Of a stretch of 64,000 nucleotides of DNA, positions 61,175-64,000 are shown piece by piece. The notes beneath the pieces are model-generated. The model ran no database searches, was not told where the DNA came from, and worked only from the letters and a program-made list of their open reading frames with translations. The position numbers and the translations under genes were made by a program. Within the stretch, counting starts at the first letter, position 1. Each line of letters opens with the position of its first letter. The DNA comes from Sedimentisphaerales bacterium (GTDB lineage: Bacteria; Planctomycetota; Phycisphaerae; Sedimentisphaerales; Anaerobacaceae), in the NCBI GenBank assembly GCA_963708075.1, contig OY970194.1, positions 32,001-96,000 on the forward strand. The letters run 5' to 3'.

Positions 61175-62712
61175 ATGAACGAGCAAACGAGAAGAGAATT
61201 CCTCAAGACCCTCGGTGTTGCGGCGGGCTCGGCCGGAGTTCTATCGGCGCTGTCGGGGGACACGTGCTTTGGCCAGACTCCATCGGGTGGGAAGAGGCCG
61301 ACGAATATCCTTTTCATCATGACGGACGATCACGCTGCTCATGCCATGAGTTGCTATGGGAGCAGGATCAACAAGACCCCAAACCTGGATCGCATTGCCA
61401 AAGAGGGCATGCGCTTCAGCAACTGCTTCTGCACGAATTCCATCTGTGCTCCGAGCCGGGCCGTGATCCTCACCGGTAAATACAGCCACGTGAACGGCCT
61501 GATAGACAACGCTGTGAAGTTCGACGGGGCGCAGCAGACCTTCCCGAAGCTGCTCCGGCAGGCGGGCTACGAAACGGCCATCATCGGCAAGTGGCATCTC
61601 AAGACCGATCCGACCGGATTCGACTACTGGAACATCCTGCCGGGCCAGGGGGTGTACTACAATCCCGTGACGATCGAGATGGGCCAGAGGAGGATGCATC
61701 AGGGATACGTCACGGATATTGTGACCGATCAAGCCCTCCGATGGCTCCGGGCTCGAAAGGGCGACAAGCCATTCTGCCTGATGCTGCAGCACAAGGCGCC
61801 ACACCGTGAGTGGGAGCCGGGGCCGAAACAGTTGGCGCTCTACAAGGACGAGACGATCCCGGAGCCGGACACGTTATTCGACGATGGAGCCGGCCGGGGA
61901 CGGGCCGCCAAAGAACAGGATATGAGCATTGAGAAGACCTTGAATGATAGGGATCTCAAACTCACGGAACCCAAGAACCTAGCCCCGGAGCGAAAGGAAC
62001 AGTGGGAGGCAGCGTACGGGCCTGAGAACAAGGCCTTCGAAGAGGCTGGATTGCAGGGCAAGGACCTGATCCGATGGAAGTACCAGCGGTACATCAAGGA
62101 TTATCTTCGCTGCATTGCGTCGGTGGATGAGAATGTGGGGCGGGTGCTGGACTACCTGGAGGAATCGGGCCTGGCCGGGGACACCGTCGTGGTGTATACC
62201 TCCGATCAGGGATTCTACCTGGGCGACCACGGCTGGTTCGACAAGCGATTCATGTACGAGGAGTCGCTACGGATGCCGCTGCTGGTTCGCCATCCGGGGG
62301 AGATTCGCGCGGGGGCGGTGAACGAGGATATCGTGATGAACCTGGATTTTGCCGAGACGTTCCTGGATTACGCGGGCGTGAGCGTGCCGGGCGACATGCA
62401 GGGGCGTTCGTTGCGTCCTTTGCTGCAGGGCGCACGCCGGAGGACTGGCGAAGCTCGATGTATTATCATTACTACGAGTATCCGGCGGTCCACAGCGTGA
62501 AACGGCATTATGGCGTCCGCACTCAGCGATACAAGCTGATCCATTTCTACAACGATATCGACGAGTGGGAGCTGTACGATCTGAAGAACGACCCGGAGGA
62601 GATGCACAACATCTACAACGACCCACAGAACGCCGATGTCATCAAGGAGCTGAAGGCCGAGCTGGCACGGCTTCGCACGCAATACAAGGATACGACCGGC
62701 GCGCCGATGTAA
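61175..62712 (+). CDS. Tat-exported sulfatase (S1 family), frameshift near 62433
   Basis: [49 protein letters not shown]...WELYDL..DP.E..N continues in ORF 62458-62712. Confidence 0.92.
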
Positions 62713-62713
62713 C

Positions 62714-63277
62714 TCATCGGACCAGTTTACCCGTGCACTTGTCCCACTGGATGGTGCGGGTTTTCATGTGGTGCTCCTGGCCGTGGCAATCGGTGCAGTA
62801 CCTTCGGGCGTGCTCGTCGGGTGCGGTCTCCAGGACGCTCAGATTCGCCTCCAGGATGGGCCGGTGACTCTCCACCTGCCGAATCTCGTGCCTGGGATGG
62901 CACGTCATGCAGGTCGGATTGATCCGTTCTTTCGGGTACATCAGCTCGGGCGGCGTGACGTTGGCCTCATCTGAGCGGTGGCGAAGCGATTCGCCGTGAC
63001 ATCGCTCACAGCCGATCCCGGCCGCCTTATGTCCCACGACAAGCTTCTCTTCGTCGAAATCGGCGTGGCAGGCATAACAAAACAGATTGGCCACGAAGGG
63101 CGCTACGGGCTCGGCACCATGCTTGCCGGCTGATACGGTCGGGGTCTTTCCGGCTTGATCGACTGCAGGTGTCGTGGCTCCCTTGTCCTGCTTGAGCGAG
63201 CAACTCGCGGCGGCAATGAGCACGACGATGCCAAACAAAATGCCCATTGCCGCCCCTGGTCTTGTTCTTTCTCTCAT
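62714..63277 (-). CDS. Tetraheme c-type cytochrome, probable lipoprotein
   Basis: Four CxxCH motifs (CYACH, CERCH, CMTCH, CTDCH) after a hydrophobic signal ending AASC. Confidence 0.85.
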   Translation of the reverse strand: MRERTRPGAAMGILFGIVVLIAAASCSLKQDKGATTPAVDQAGKTPTVSAGKHGAEPVAPFVANLFCYACHADFDEEKLVVGHKAAGIGCERCHGESLRHRSDEANVTPPELMYPKERINPTCMTCHPRHEIRQVESHRPILEANLSVLETAPDEHARRYCTDCHGQEHHMKTRTIQWDKCTGKLVR

Positions 63278-63331
63278 TATCCTGTTTCCCTGCACCTCCC
63301 AAACGGGTGATCCAAGTACCTTGTCATCCGG

Positions 63332-64000
63332 CTACACGTACTCCCAGTTTTTGAGCCACTGGTAGTCGGTGGGCAGCTTCGCCCAGGCCCGGTCCATGGC
63401 CTGTTCCAGTTCCTTCGCCTCCGCGGCATCCAGCTCTCGCCGCTCCTTCAAGGCCTTGACCATGTTGTCCACCTGGTGCGTGTTGATCAGGCCGGGGATC
63501 GGGGCCGTGATGACGTTCGTGGCGAGAATGTAGCGGATCGCCATGCGGGCCATCCGGTCGTCTTCTTCAGCGTGCGGGCTCTCCAGTGAGCCGTCGCCGC
63601 TGAACAGGGCATTGCTGGAGAATGGCTTGATGCCGAAGACGCCAACGTCGTGCTGTTTGACGGCGGCGAACAGGCTGTCTTCCGGCGCGACCTTGCTCTT
63701 GGCCGTGTACGGCGTCACAACCACCTGCACGATATCCGGATACGTCTCGATCATCCACTTGATATGCGGGCGGTCGTGCGACGAAAAGCCCGTGAAGCGG
63801 CACTTGCCCTGCTTGCGGGCCGTCTCAAGGGCCTTCATCATCTGCTCCACCTCCGCCTCCGTGTGCATACCGCTCTGTTCGTGCATCGTGATTCGCCACA
63901 GATCGACGTAGTCCAGCTTGGCTTCTTTCAAGCCCTTATCGAGCGTGCCAAGCAGCGCTCCGGTCGTCCGGAACTTGTCATTCCGCATCTCCTCCTGATA
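63332..64000 (-). CDS. Aldo/keto reductase family protein, 5'-partial
   Basis: L..L..A.LDYVDL, GK.RF.GFSSH, GV.GIKPF, AIRYIL, IPG......V. Confidence 0.8.
   Translation of the reverse strand, partial: YQEEMRNDKFRTTGALLGTLDKGLKEAKLDYVDLWRITMHEQSGMHTEAEVEQMMKALETARKQGKCRFTGFSSHDRPHIKWMIETYPDIVQVVVTPYTAKSKVAPEDSLFAAVKQHDVGVFGIKPFSSNALFSGDGSLESPHAEEDDRMARMAIRYILATNVITAPIPGLINTHQVDNMVKALKERRELDAAEAKELEQAMDRAWAKLPTDYQWLKNWEYV

Overview
GC-rich bacterial chromosome segment. Gene content (AroD-AroE fusion, H-X9-DG/DUF1559-like protein, lamin-tail and PQQ beta-propeller secreted proteins, Tat-exported sulfatase) suggests an anaerobic planctomycete such as Phycisphaerae/Sedimentisphaerales; this is inference. 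The left half (1-34.2 kb) holds gcvT-H-PA-PB, two toxin-antitoxin pairs, scattered shikimate genes (aroA'-type ADH synthase, aroB, aroD-aroE), adjacent ISAs1 and IS4 elements with terminal repeats and target duplications, rpmH, ptsP, two exported SAM methyltransferases and tRNA-Arg(UCG). After the tRNA lies a ~26 kb general-stress block: an RsbU_N-type kinase plus NarL-type regulator, an Mla-like ABC system, bfr, mgtA, an RNB nuclease, SPFH, radical SAM, CsbD/ElaB/ChaB/hemerythrin small proteins and sugar-modifying enzymes. The best new signal is a 47-bp promoter unit (GGGTAGGGTTATACCCCATA-like box, 21 nt, then a -10 hexamer) found six times with identical spacing, including back-to-back copies in front of the two-component operon, which outlines a candidate autoregulated regulon. 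Two of these promoters drive a duplicated module of a covarying RNA hairpin plus an lmo0937-type small membrane protein. Other highlights are a GTAG REP doublet read in frame inside aroE, a candidate attenuator before aroA', and three gene-deletion scars. About 13 frame breaks in 11 genes are probably sequencing or assembly indels.
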